Shown: positions 1 to 8,351 of the stretch, in pieces
Position numbering within the stretch: position 1 is the first letter of the stretch
How the letters are laid out: every line of letters starts with the position of its first letter
Source: Polyangiaceae bacterium
GTDB taxonomy: Bacteria; Myxococcota_A; Polyangia; Polyangiales; Polyangiaceae
Direction: 5' to 3'
Length of the DNA: 32,483 bases
Assembly (NCBI GenBank): GCA_043742085.1
Contig: JAYTZB010000309.1
Coordinates: 1 to 32,483, forward strand
Made by a program: the position numbers and the translations under genes
Notes under the pieces: generated by a model
What the model saw: the letters and a program-made list of their open reading frames with translations, nothing else
Database searches by the model: none
What the model was told of the DNA's origin: nothing

Positions 1-488
1 AGCTCCACCACCTGCGCCTCGCTCCCGTAGAGGCCGCCCCCGATCTCGTAGAAGACGCCGGCGTGGATGCAGAGCCCGACCTTGACCGAGGCTCGTTCGG
101 CGATGCGCATCTGCGCTTCGACCATGGCGTCGACCACGGCATCAGCGCCGAGCGCCGCCGGATAGAACATCTCCGTGTTGTCGGCGGACCACACGCCGAT
201 CGCCTCGCCGCCGATCGATTTGCCGACGGCGTGGATGATCTGCTTGGGCTCCGAGACGAGCCACAGCACCTCCAGGAGGTCCCGCTCCTGCGTCATCTTC
301 GTCAGACCCGCGGTGTCGGACGACACCGCGAAGCCTTCGCGTCGAAACGGCGCGAGCAGCGCACGTGCTGCCTCCTGGCTCCGGTCGCCGGCCAGCCACT
401 CGTCGAGCAACCCGACGGGCAGCGGGCCCGAGATGTCCTTCGAGACGTCGGCGAGCGACGGGATGGTGCGCGGATGCTTCGTGGACAT
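1..488 (-). CDS. Class III adenylate/guanylate cyclase-like protein (runs off window start; not in ORF track)
   Basis: Own translation from ATG at 488 (AGGAG just upstream): MSTKHPRTIPSLADVSKD...FAVSSDTAGLTKMT...GVWSADNTEMFY...VKVGLCIHAGVFYEIGGGLYGSEAQVVE. The order D-x-x-G-L-T, second Asp, then IHxG and LYG mirrors the class III cyclase core (FxDIxGFT / GD / RIGIHxG / xFG). Confidence 0.65.
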   Translation of the reverse strand, partial: MSTKHPRTIPSLADVSKDISGPLPVGLLDEWLAGDRSQEAARALLAPFRREGFAVSSDTAGLTKMTQERDLLEVLWLVSEPKQIIHAVGKSIGGEAIGVWSADNTEMFYPAALGADAVVDAMVEAQMRIAERASVKVGLCIHAGVFYEIGGGLYGSEAQVVE

Positions 489-500
489 GGCTCCTCTCCG

Positions 501-1049
501 TCACTCCGTACGAAGGATGACGTGGAAGCCGTAGTCGGTCTCGACGACGTGGCTCACCTCGCCTGCGCGCAGCTCGAACGCTGCATCCGCGAACGGCGGC
601 ACGACGTGCGCGCGCTCGATCGGGCCGAGCGAACCGCCGCGCGTCGCGGCTCCGGGCTCCTCGCTGTATGCGTTCACGACGTCGGCGAACGACGAGCCTT
701 GCTCGAGCTTGGCTCTCGCTTCTTCGGCACGGAGGCACGCTTGCTCACGCGTGCGCGTGACGGTGGCAGGCGCCTTCTTCGCTCCGGCGTACTTCACGAG
801 CACGTGCTGCGCGGTGACCTTCGCGGGCTCGTCGGGCCGGCGTGCTCGCTTGGCACCGGCGACGGCGAGGCATCGCTCCGCCGCAGTATCGCCACCGCTG
901 CCGGCGCCGCCGCCGCCGGCGGCCGTCGCGCTCGCGGCAGGCGCTCCGGCACCGCATCCGACGCACGCCAGGAACGCCGCGGTCGTCAGGGCGAGCAGGG
1001 GCGCGACGAGAACGAGCCGAGAAGCCCACGTCTTCATCGTCGACCGCAT
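501..1049 (-). CDS. Parvulin/PpiC-type peptidyl-prolyl isomerase, probable lipoprotein
   Basis: Motifs AQHVLVKY, F.DVV..YSEEPG, RGGSLG, VPPFADAAFEL..GEVS.VVETDYGFHVILR. Hydrophobic leader ends ...FLACVGC. Start is 1049 or 1037; the ORF-track extension to 1433 overlaps the opposite-strand gene. Confidence 0.9.
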   Translation of the reverse strand: MRSTMKTWASRLVLVAPLLALTTAAFLACVGCGAGAPAASATAAGGGGAGSGGDTAAERCLAVAGAKRARRPDEPAKVTAQHVLVKYAGAKKAPATVTRTREQACLRAEEARAKLEQGSSFADVVNAYSEEPGAATRGGSLGPIERAHVVPPFADAAFELRAGEVSHVVETDYGFHVILRTE

Positions 1050-1128
1050 CGATGCCGACGATATCACGGGGACGTCGCTCCGCTCGCGCGATGGGCCGAC
1101 ACTGGCAAGCGGAGGGGCGCCGCGGTAT

Positions 1129-2829
1129 GTGCCCGCCACGCTGGCGCACTCCCCTCTCCTCCTCCATCGGCGGCTCGCCGGCCTCGCGCTCGTCGCGCTG
1201 GCCGCAGGGGCCTCGTGTGCGGTGGTCGCGTGCGCGCGAAGCTCACCCGACGCGGCGATCGATGCAGCGCCGGCCGCCGCGCCCGATGCCGGCCATGGCG
1301 ATGCGACGGCGGCGCTCGACGACGCGTCGCTGGACGCGGGTCGTGGCGTGCTCACCAGGCTCGCGGCGACGGCGCAGACCTCGGTCATCGACATCCCGTG
1401 GTGGCCGGAGAGCGGCAAGGGCAGCAAGCGCATCGGCTACCTGCGTCACGGCGCGCTCGCGGCAGCGTATGACCGGCCGACCGTGAACGAGGATTGCAAG
1501 GAGGGCTGGTTCGAGCTCGAGGTGGGCGGCTACGTGTGCGGCAAGGCCGTGACCACCGAGCTCACCAGCCCGAGGATCCGGCTCGCGCCCAAGCAGCCCG
1601 ATCACGATGCGGGCATGCCGTATCGCTATGGCGTGAATCTCTCGGACGGCACGCCGCTCTACCGCCGCGTGCTCCCCACCGAGGAGCGCAAGAAGTACGA
1701 GCCGTGGCTCACGCCTCCGAAGCCCACCGCCGACGACGCGACCGCGGAGACCGACAGGACCGACAAGACCGACAAGACCGACAAGACCGAGATTGCCGGC
1801 GAGGGCGAGGAGAGCCCCTCCGCGACGCCCGCGCATCGCGGCAGCGGGCCCGTCGATGCGGGCGTCGACGCCGGTCGCCCGAAGCTGAAGCAGCTCAAGG
1901 GTCGGGGCGTGCTCGTGCGTACGATGGCGCGCGGCTTCTATCTCGCGCTCGATCGCTCGTTCAACTCGAACGGCGCCAAGTGGTGGCGCACGTCCTTCGG
2001 CTTCGCCGTCCCCTTCGAGCGGATCATGGTGCAGCCGGGCGTGACCAAGCACTCCGGGAGCTGGTTCGAGGCGATCCCCGTGGACGACACGGCAGCCCCC
2101 GACGCCGGCAGTAACGCGAGCGACGGCGGAGGCGCGCCCGGTGCTGGCACCGTCGCGTTCGTCAGCGTGGGCTTCGCGCGCAAGCTCGAGGTGAGCGACG
2201 ACGGCAAGAAGGTCACGTGGGGTGCCGAGCTCCCCAAGCGCAGCGCGGTCATGCTCGACGGACGCGAGGCGACGGTGTCCGGCGTCACCTATCACCGGAC
2301 GACGGCGGGCTTCTGGGTGCGCATGATGGATCTGACGCGCGCCCATCCGACGTTCCCCGCCGATCTCCGCGCGGCCGAGAAGTGGATCGACGTCGACCTG
2401 ACGCGGCAAGCGCTCGTCGCGTTCGAAGGAACACGCCCGGTCTTCGCGACGCTCATCTCCTCCGGTCGCCGCAACCCGCAGGACAAGGAGAAGGACTTCC
2501 CGACGCCGACCGGCAGCTATCGCATCCGCGAGAAGCACGTCACGACCACCATGGACGGTGACGTGGCCTCCGACGGGCCGTACTCGATCGAGGACGTGCC
2601 GTGGGTCATGTACTTCCAGGGCAGCTATGCGCTCCACGCCGCCTTCTGGCACGACTCCTTCGGTCGCATGCGCAGCCACGGTTGCGTGAACATGGCGCCC
2701 GAAGACGCGCGCACGCTCTTCGCGTGGAGCGATCCGCCGCTGCCGCAGGGATGGCACGGCGTCTTCAGCAGAGACGACAGCTCCGGCACGCGCATCATCG
2801 TGCACGAGGATCCGCCGGCAAAGCGCTGA
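1129..2829 (+). CDS. L,D-transpeptidase (YkuD family) with long N-terminal extension
   Basis: C-terminal WIDVDLTRQAL...ISSGR...PTPTGSYRI...ALHAAFWH...SHGCVNM gives the HxxxxxSHGC catalytic signature. Hydrophobic Cys-containing leader follows GTG 1129 (GGAGGGG upstream). Start uncertain. Confidence 0.88.
   Translation: MPATLAHSPLLLHRRLAGLALVALAAGASCAVVACARSSPDAAIDAAPAAAPDAGHGDATAALDDASLDAGRGVLTRLAATAQTSVIDIPWWPESGKGSKRIGYLRHGALAAAYDRPTVNEDCKEGWFELEVGGYVCGKAVTTELTSPRIRLAPKQPDHDAGMPYRYGVNLSDGTPLYRRVLPTEERKKYEPWLTPPKPTADDATAETDRTDKTDKTDKTEIAGEGEESPSATPAHRGSGPVDAGVDAGRPKLKQLKGRGVLVRTMARGFYLALDRSFNSNGAKWWRTSFGFAVPFERIMVQPGVTKHSGSWFEAIPVDDTAAPDAGSNASDGGGAPGAGTVAFVSVGFARKLEVSDDGKKVTWGAELPKRSAVMLDGREATVSGVTYHRTTAGFWVRMMDLTRAHPTFPADLRAAEKWIDVDLTRQALVAFEGTRPVFATLISSGRRNPQDKEKDFPTPTGSYRIREKHVTTTMDGDVASDGPYSIEDVPWVMYFQGSYALHAAFWHDSFGRMRSHGCVNMAPEDARTLFAWSDPPLPQGWHGVFSRDDSSGTRIIVHEDPPAKR
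1749..1790 (+). repeat. 9-bp tandem repeat (GACCGACAR), about 4.7 copies, encoding TDR/TDK repeats
   Basis: gaccgacag gaccgacaa gaccgacaa gaccgacaa gaccga, in frame within the L,D-transpeptidase linker. Confidence 0.9.
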
Positions 2830-2852
2830 ACTGTGGCATGGTCCCCGGCGCC

Positions 2853-3365
2853 ATGCCGTTGACCGAAGAAGCCTTCACCGCCCTGGTCGATGCGGGGTGT
2901 CGTGCGTGCGGAGCCAAGAAGCTCGTCGTCGAGTCGATCGTCGCGCAGCGTCTGCCCATCCTCGGCGGTGAGCCCTACGGCGCGCCGTCATGGGGCTACA
3001 AGGGCGAGGAGCTCGTGCGAGGCACGTTCCGCATCGCGTGCGACGCGTGCAAGAAGGACCTCTACACGGCGACCGCTTGCTCGCGCTGCGATGCCGAGGG
3101 CGGCGTGACCCGCGCCCTCGAGTCCGAGAACGACTTCCCGCTCCCCGTCGCGTGCCTCCGCTGTGGCAGCGAGCTGCTCACCGCGAACGCCTACGTCCCC
3201 GCGGTGGTCGTCTACGAGGGGAAGCGCGCAGCGAAGGCGCGGACGCAGACCGTTCCCGAGGATCCGGGCTTCCACGCGTTCCGTGTAGAATGCAAAGACT
3301 GCAAGAATGCCGACGAACGGCGCGATCCGTGCGCGTTGTGCGGCATCGCCGCGCCGATGCGCTAG
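2853..3365 (+). CDS. Hypothetical Cys-rich, probably Zn-binding protein with six CxxC motifs
   Basis: MPLTEEAF... carries CRAC, CDAC, CSRC, CLRC, CKDC and CALC. No signal peptide. Start 2853 (or 2838). Confidence 0.75.
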   Translation: MPLTEEAFTALVDAGCRACGAKKLVVESIVAQRLPILGGEPYGAPSWGYKGEELVRGTFRIACDACKKDLYTATACSRCDAEGGVTRALESENDFPLPVACLRCGSELLTANAYVPAVVVYEGKRAAKARTQTVPEDPGFHAFRVECKDCKNADERRDPCALCGIAAPMR

Positions 3366-3376
3366 CGTTCGGCTCG

Positions 3377-4279
3377 ATGAAGGTCCTCGTGCTCGCTCTC
3401 CAGGCCGGGCTGACGGTGGCGCTGGTGCTCGGGTGCTCGCGGTCGCGTCCGCCGCCTCCGCTCGCCGACGGCGCCGCGGACGACGGCATAACGGTCACGA
3501 CGTCCTCCGTCGATGCCGCGAGGCGAGCGGTGCGGGATGCCGCGAAAGCCGCGCGCCCCAACGAGGCCGCGCCTCTCGGCGACGCCGCCCGTGCCGTGCT
3601 CGCCTGGAACAACGCGCTCGCCGCGCATGATCTCGATGCGCTGGCGAAGCTCTACGCGGACCACGTTCGCTTCTATGGCCGGCCGCTCGAGCGCAAGGCG
3701 TGCCTCGCCGCGAAGGCGGCGGCGTTCAAGGCCGATCCGACGTTCACGCAGAGCATCGCCAGCGAGGTGACAGTCACCGACGAGCCAAGCGGTCGCGTTC
3801 GCGCGCGCTTCGTGAAGCTGTCGACGGCGAAGGGCGAGTCGAGGACGTATGCGTCGTACCTCGTGCTCGCGCGTTCGGCGTCGGGCTTCACGATCGTCGA
3901 GGAGAGCGACCTCACCACCGACGAGAACCTCGCCGAGCATCTCGCGGTCGAGTGCATCGGCGCTGCCGCGGGCGCGGTGATGAAGGATCAGAAGGCCGCA
4001 GCGCTGCTCGCCGAGCCTGTCACGCTCGACGAGCAGCGAGCCGGCTGTCGCAACCACGGGCTCATGCCGTTTCCTCCCGAGGGCGGCGACACGAAGGTCG
4101 CCGTGAAGATGTTCACGAGCTGCGACGACCGGCAGGCGTTCCGCGGCTGGTTCCACGTCGGCATCAACGATGGTTGCGTCTATGAAGAGGACCTCGCGGC
4201 GCCCGAGGGCACGTTCACCAAGCTCTCGTGCGACGACCACGCCGCCGCGAGCGTGAGGGCCGCGTGCCGGCGAAAGTGA
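3377..4279 (+). CDS. Lipoprotein with NTF2/SnoaL-like domain
   Basis: Lipobox VLGC. Segment AVLAWNNALAAHDLDALAKLYADHVRFYG...YLVLARSASGFTIVEE resembles an NTF2-like fold. Cys-containing C-terminal domain. Confidence 0.7.
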   Translation: MKVLVLALQAGLTVALVLGCSRSRPPPPLADGAADDGITVTTSSVDAARRAVRDAAKAARPNEAAPLGDAARAVLAWNNALAAHDLDALAKLYADHVRFYGRPLERKACLAAKAAAFKADPTFTQSIASEVTVTDEPSGRVRARFVKLSTAKGESRTYASYLVLARSASGFTIVEESDLTTDENLAEHLAVECIGAAAGAVMKDQKAAALLAEPVTLDEQRAGCRNHGLMPFPPEGGDTKVAVKMFTSCDDRQAFRGWFHVGINDGCVYEEDLAAPEGTFTKLSCDDHAAASVRAACRRK

Positions 4280-4422
4280 CCCGCGCGGCGCCGATGTTGC
4301 CGATGTACGCTGCGGTCGTATTCGCACCCCGATAAGGCCGCTCCCCGGCGAGCGTGGCGCAAGGGCGATCCGGGACGCTGCAAAATTCCCCGTGATTTCG
4401 CGTTGCTGGCGCCATGCCGGCG

Positions 4423-4438
4423 CGGCACGCGGGGTGCA
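4423..4438 (+). promoter_or_regulatory. Putative sigma54 -24/-12 promoter for the S1 protease
   Basis: CGGCACGCGGGGTGCA: GG(4424-5)-N10-GC(4436-7), about 50 bp upstream of ATG 4490, in a 210-bp intergenic gap. Confidence 0.6.
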
Positions 4439-4489
4439 CAATCGCAGCTCGTACGCTGCGCCAGGACCTCCGCGCGCCAGGACCTCCTC

Positions 4490-5395
4490 ATGAACGCCCG
4501 TTGGTTGCCCCGCGAAATCCAGATGCTCGTCCTCGCGGTCATCGTCGCGTGCGCGGCGTGTGCGGCGCCGGTCGGCCAGGAAAGCGGCGAGACCCTCGGC
4601 ACGTCGCAGCAAGCGATCGTCCACGGCGACGACGACAACGCCGACCCGGCGGTGGTCGCTCTCCTCCTCAACGGAAGCGTCTACTGCACCGGCGTGCTCC
4701 TCACGAACAACGTCGTCGCGACTGCCGCCCACTGCGTGATCCCGACGCCCCCCGAGCAGGTGTACTTCGGCTCCGATCCGTCCTCGAAGAAGGGCACCTT
4801 CATCGACGTGACGACGACGCGCGCGCATCCCGACTTCGACGAGGACACCCTCGTCAACGACATCGCGGTCCTCGGTCTCGCGAGCACGGCGCCCGTCGCG
4901 CCGCTCAACATCTTCGTGAAGGAGTTCGACGACTCGTACATCGGGCTCGAGGTCCGGCTCATCGGCTTCGGCGCAACGGCCGGCGCTGGCACGGGCAAGC
5001 TCCGCAAGCGCAGCGGCACGACGGCGATCACGTCGTACACCGACGACGACTTCCGCTTCCGACCCGCCCCGGCGCAGACGTGCGTGGGCGACTCCGGCGG
5101 CCCGGCGGTCGCGAAGATCGGCGATCACGAGGCGGTCATCGGGCTCACCTCATCCGGCGACTCGAACTGCTCGACGTACGGCCGCGACATGCGCATCGAC
5201 CGCTACCTGCCGTTCATCCAGGGCTACGCGAAGGCGTACTCGATACCGACTGGTCCTGCGACCGTCGACAACGGCGGCTGCTCGACGTCGGGCCGCCCGG
5301 TGGGTCATGGCTCGGCTGCGGTCGCGCTTCTGCTGGTGCTCGCGTCTGTGTCGATCGCGCGCGCGCGCCGTCGTGCCTCACGTCGCTGGGCGTGA
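4490..5395 (+). CDS. Secreted trypsin-like serine protease (S1) with MYXO-CTERM-like tail
   Basis: Triad motifs TAAHC, NDIAVL and GDSGGP; mature N-terminus IVHG after QQA. C-terminus GGCS...hydrophobic helix...RARRRR. Confidence 0.92.
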   Translation: MNARWLPREIQMLVLAVIVACAACAAPVGQESGETLGTSQQAIVHGDDDNADPAVVALLLNGSVYCTGVLLTNNVVATAAHCVIPTPPEQVYFGSDPSSKKGTFIDVTTTRAHPDFDEDTLVNDIAVLGLASTAPVAPLNIFVKEFDDSYIGLEVRLIGFGATAGAGTGKLRKRSGTTAITSYTDDDFRFRPAPAQTCVGDSGGPAVAKIGDHEAVIGLTSSGDSNCSTYGRDMRIDRYLPFIQGYAKAYSIPTGPATVDNGGCSTSGRPVGHGSAAVALLLVLASVSIARARRRASRRWA

Positions 5396-5557
5396 TTTCT
5401 CCGAACGCGATGCTCTGAGGTCGGTGCTTCGCAGCGCGCACGGTGCGCGAAGCGTTGGTTCAGGCGTCGGGCTCGATTCGCCGATGCGCTGCGCGTTACT
5501 CGTGGTTGCGCCGCGTGGAATGGCTGATGCACGCGTCCCGACCGCGGGAGGGCAGCC

Positions 5558-5971
5558 ATGCTGTTCATCGTCTGTGCCATGGGGCTCGTGGGCGCGTTCG
5601 TCATCGGGCTCGACGGCCTCATGCTCGGCAGTGCAGGTGAGCTCGAGCGCATCGCGGCGATCGCTTGTTTTGCGCTCGCCGCGGCCGGCCTCGTCGGCCT
5701 CCTCGCCGACGATGGCCGGCGAACCCGGCGACATCGCAGCGCGCTCGAGCCTGCGGATGTCTTCCAGCTCGTTGCCGCGGCGCCGATCCTCGCCATCATG
5801 GTGGGCACCTTCGTCGCCACGCTGTTTCCCGCGATCTACGTCATGGCGCCGTTCTTCGCCGCGTCGGGACCCGAGGCGTCGCGACGTCGCGCAGCGCGAG
5901 CGCACGCGGGCGCCAGCGGCGCCGACGCGCGACCGACCGAGCACCGGCTCCCGGTCCCGGCGTTCACCTGA
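5558..5971 (+). CDS. Small hypothetical membrane protein (about 4 TM segments)
   Basis: GGGAGGG RBS upstream; four hydrophobic stretches; fills the gap between two + strand genes. Confidence 0.55.
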   Translation: MLFIVCAMGLVGAFVIGLDGLMLGSAGELERIAAIACFALAAAGLVGLLADDGRRTRRHRSALEPADVFQLVAAAPILAIMVGTFVATLFPAIYVMAPFFAASGPEASRRRAARAHAGASGADARPTEHRLPVPAFT

Positions 5972-5979
5972 GCCGCGCT

Positions 5980-5995
5980 GGGCACGGTCTTCGCT
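5980..5995 (+). promoter_or_regulatory. Putative sigma54 -24/-12 promoter
   Basis: GGGCACGGTCTTCGCT: GG(5981-2)-N10-GC(5993-4), ending 13 nt before ATG 6008. Confidence 0.5.
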
Positions 5996-6007
5996 TCGTG
6001 CCGGTGC

Positions 6008-6580
6008 ATGGGACAGAACGCAGGCCACGACACCAACGACGCGAACGACGCGAACGACGCGAACGACGACAAGAAGCATCTCCACGAGCTGCTGGAGTCG
6101 TTCGATACGGCGATGCTCATCACACGGCACCATGAGGGCATGCATGCGCGACCCATGGCGGTCGCCGGCGTCGAGGGCGCGCAGTGCGTCTGGTTCGTCA
6201 CCTCGATCGACTCGCCGAAAGCCGAAGAGATCGCCGCCGACCCGCGCGTCTCGGCGACGTTCCAGGCGTCGAGGAAGTTCGTCGCGCTGAGCGGCAACGC
6301 CACGATCGTGCGCGATCGGGAGAAGATCCGCGCTCTCTGGAAGGATATGTGGAAGGTGTGGTTCCCCGAGGGCAAGGATGACGCGTCGATCGCTCTCATC
6401 CGCGTGAGCGTCGACGACGCGGAGCTCTGGGACAACGCGGGCTCCAAGGGCATTCGGTACGTCTTCGAAGCCGTGAAGGGCGTCCTCGCCGGCGAGCGTC
6501 CCGCCCCCGTGGACGGCCAGCACGCCCGGATCAAGGCCGGCGAATCGATCCCGGAACGAGCCGCATCGTCGGGACGTTGA
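6008..6580 (+). CDS. General stress protein 26 / pyridoxamine 5'-phosphate oxidase-like FMN-binding split-barrel protein
   Basis: FDTAMLIT, HARPM, WFVT..DSPKAEEI..DPRV, VALSG.A.IVRDREKIRALW...KVWFPEGKDD..IALIRV....AELWD. Confidence 0.88.
   Translation: MGQNAGHDTNDANDANDANDDKKHLHELLESFDTAMLITRHHEGMHARPMAVAGVEGAQCVWFVTSIDSPKAEEIAADPRVSATFQASRKFVALSGNATIVRDREKIRALWKDMWKVWFPEGKDDASIALIRVSVDDAELWDNAGSKGIRYVFEAVKGVLAGERPAPVDGQHARIKAGESIPERAASSGR
6035..6070 (+). repeat. 9-bp tandem repeat (AACGACGCG) x3 plus one degenerate copy, encoding NDA repeats
   Basis: aacgacgcg aacgacgcg aacgacgcg aacgacgac at the N-terminus of the GSP26-like gene. Confidence 0.9.
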
Positions 6581-6657
6581 CCGACTCGTCGCGATAAGCT
6601 GTGGCTCCCGAGCGCCTGCGCTTCGCGCGCGCTCCGTCAACGAGGGGGAGACCACAC

Positions 6658-7986
6658 GTGAGCAATCCTTTTCTCGAACCGCGCGTCGAGCCGGTCCGCG
6701 TCATCGAGTCGATTCCGGTAGCCGCCACGTCGGCGCTCTCCGCGGAGACGATCGCCGCCGAGAAGATACCCACCCCGCCGCATCTCTGCGTCGGGCCCGA
6801 GCTCGCCCGCGGAGGGATGGGCCACGTTCATCCTGCCGCGGATCTGAACCTGCTCCGCCAGGTGGCCTTGAAGCGGCTCGACAAGAGCTACGCGACGCGG
6901 CCCTTCTACCGCGACAGCTTCATCGCGGAAGCGCAGATGACCGGGCAGCTCGAGCACCCGAACATCGTCCCGGTGCACGAGCTCGCGGTCGACGCGGGCG
7001 GCGTGCCGTACTTCACGATGAAGCTCGTGCAAGGCAGCCCGTTCAGCGATTGGCTCGACCAGCGCGCGCCCGGCACCATCGAGCGCGTCGAAGGCGGGAT
7101 CGAGATCCTCCTCAAGGTGTGCGACGCGCTCGCGTACGCCCACCATCGCGGCGTCATTCATCGCGATCTGAAGCCCGCCAACATCATGGTCGGCGACTTC
7201 GGCCAGGTCTATCTGATGGACTGGGGGCTCGCGAAGCTCATTCGGTCCGAGCCGGCGTCCGGGGCTAGCGCCTTGATGAACGCGAGGGGGCCCGTCGGCA
7301 CGCCTGACTTCATGGCGCCCGAGCAGGCGCGCGGAGTGCCGAAGGAGGTCGACGAGCGCGCCGACATCTTCGGCGTCGGCGCTCTCCTCTTCGAGGTCCT
7401 CACGGGGCAAGGACCCTACGGCGCGTCCACGGATCCGCGTCGGGTGCTCGAGCTCGCCGTCGCCGGAAAGGTGATCTCGATCGACACCGCATGCGAGCGC
7501 TTCGGCGTGGCGCGACGCATTCGTGCCGTCGCGGAGCGCGCGACGCAGCCCGATCCGGCGAGCCGCTACCAGACCATCACGGAGCTCCAGGAGGCGATGC
7601 GCGCGTTCCTCCACGGCGGCATGCATCTGCCGAGGAAGTCGTTCGCGGCCGGCGAGATCATCTTCCGCGAGGGTGACAAGGGCGACGCGGCGTACATGAT
7701 CGTGGCGGGGCGGTGCCGCGCGTACCGGACCGTCGGAGGCATCGACGAGACGCTCGCCACGATGGAGCCGGGCGAGGCCTTCGGGGAGATGGCTCTCATT
7801 CTCTTCGAGCCACGGGCCGCGAGCGTGGTCGCCCTCGATGCCGTCACCGTCCTGGTGCTGGATCAGACGACAATGAACGAAGGACTGGGTCTCTCGGGAT
7901 GGACCGGGGCCCTCGTCCGCGCGCTCGCCCAACGCTTCAGTGATCTGGAGCAGATGGTGCGGTCGTCGGGCATGCGTCGCACCTGA
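6658..7986 (+). CDS. Hanks-type Ser/Thr protein kinase with C-terminal cyclic-nucleotide-binding domain
   Basis: Kinase motifs RGGMGHV, VALK, LEHPNIVPVH, HRDLKPAN, DWGLAK, GTPDFMAPEQ, DIFGVG. cNMP domain IIFREGDKGDAAYMIVAG...FGEMAL...PRAASVVA. GTG 6658 follows GAGGGGGAG. Confidence 0.92.
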   Translation: MSNPFLEPRVEPVRVIESIPVAATSALSAETIAAEKIPTPPHLCVGPELARGGMGHVHPAADLNLLRQVALKRLDKSYATRPFYRDSFIAEAQMTGQLEHPNIVPVHELAVDAGGVPYFTMKLVQGSPFSDWLDQRAPGTIERVEGGIEILLKVCDALAYAHHRGVIHRDLKPANIMVGDFGQVYLMDWGLAKLIRSEPASGASALMNARGPVGTPDFMAPEQARGVPKEVDERADIFGVGALLFEVLTGQGPYGASTDPRRVLELAVAGKVISIDTACERFGVARRIRAVAERATQPDPASRYQTITELQEAMRAFLHGGMHLPRKSFAAGEIIFREGDKGDAAYMIVAGRCRAYRTVGGIDETLATMEPGEAFGEMALILFEPRAASVVALDAVTVLVLDQTTMNEGLGLSGWTGALVRALAQRFSDLEQMVRSSGMRRT

Positions 7987-8003
7987 AGAGGTGCGCGCCA
8001 GCT

Positions 8004-8249
8004 TCACGAGGCCATTTTTTCGAGCGTCTCGTAGATCTCGAACGCCAGCGTGAAGCGCCGAACGTCCTCGTCGAAGGCGACGACGCGCCGGTTGTCGTCC
8101 AGCTGGACGACGTACCGCATCCGGCGCTCCTGGGCGTCGCGGGCGATGACGGTCCCCCCTAGCCACGACGTGTCGTTCTCCCCCGGCCGAAAGGTCCGGC
8201 GGCAACGAACGCTCACTCGATCACCCAGGAAATGGTCGGTCGGCTTCAT
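8004..8249 (-). CDS. Small hypothetical protein, possibly SH3/Tudor-like beta-barrel
   Basis: GDRVSV...WLGGTVIA...RYVVQLDDNRRVVAFDEDVR pattern; start 8249 or 8258. Confidence 0.55.
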   Translation of the reverse strand: MKPTDHFLGDRVSVRCRRTFRPGENDTSWLGGTVIARDAQERRMRYVVQLDDNRRVVAFDEDVRRFTLAFEIYETLEKMAS

Positions 8250-8351
8250 GACCGCCATCCTGCACCCTGCTGGACGGCCATTCAGTCGAGAGAATAGACA
8301 CGGGTAGGTAGGAGCCCCCCGGCGCGGTGCGCGATCCTGATGACGAGCGAA

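Noticed and set aside
2853-3365. Multiheme cytochrome c or ferredoxin
   Set aside because: No CxxCH or CxxCxxCxxxC motifs and no export signal.
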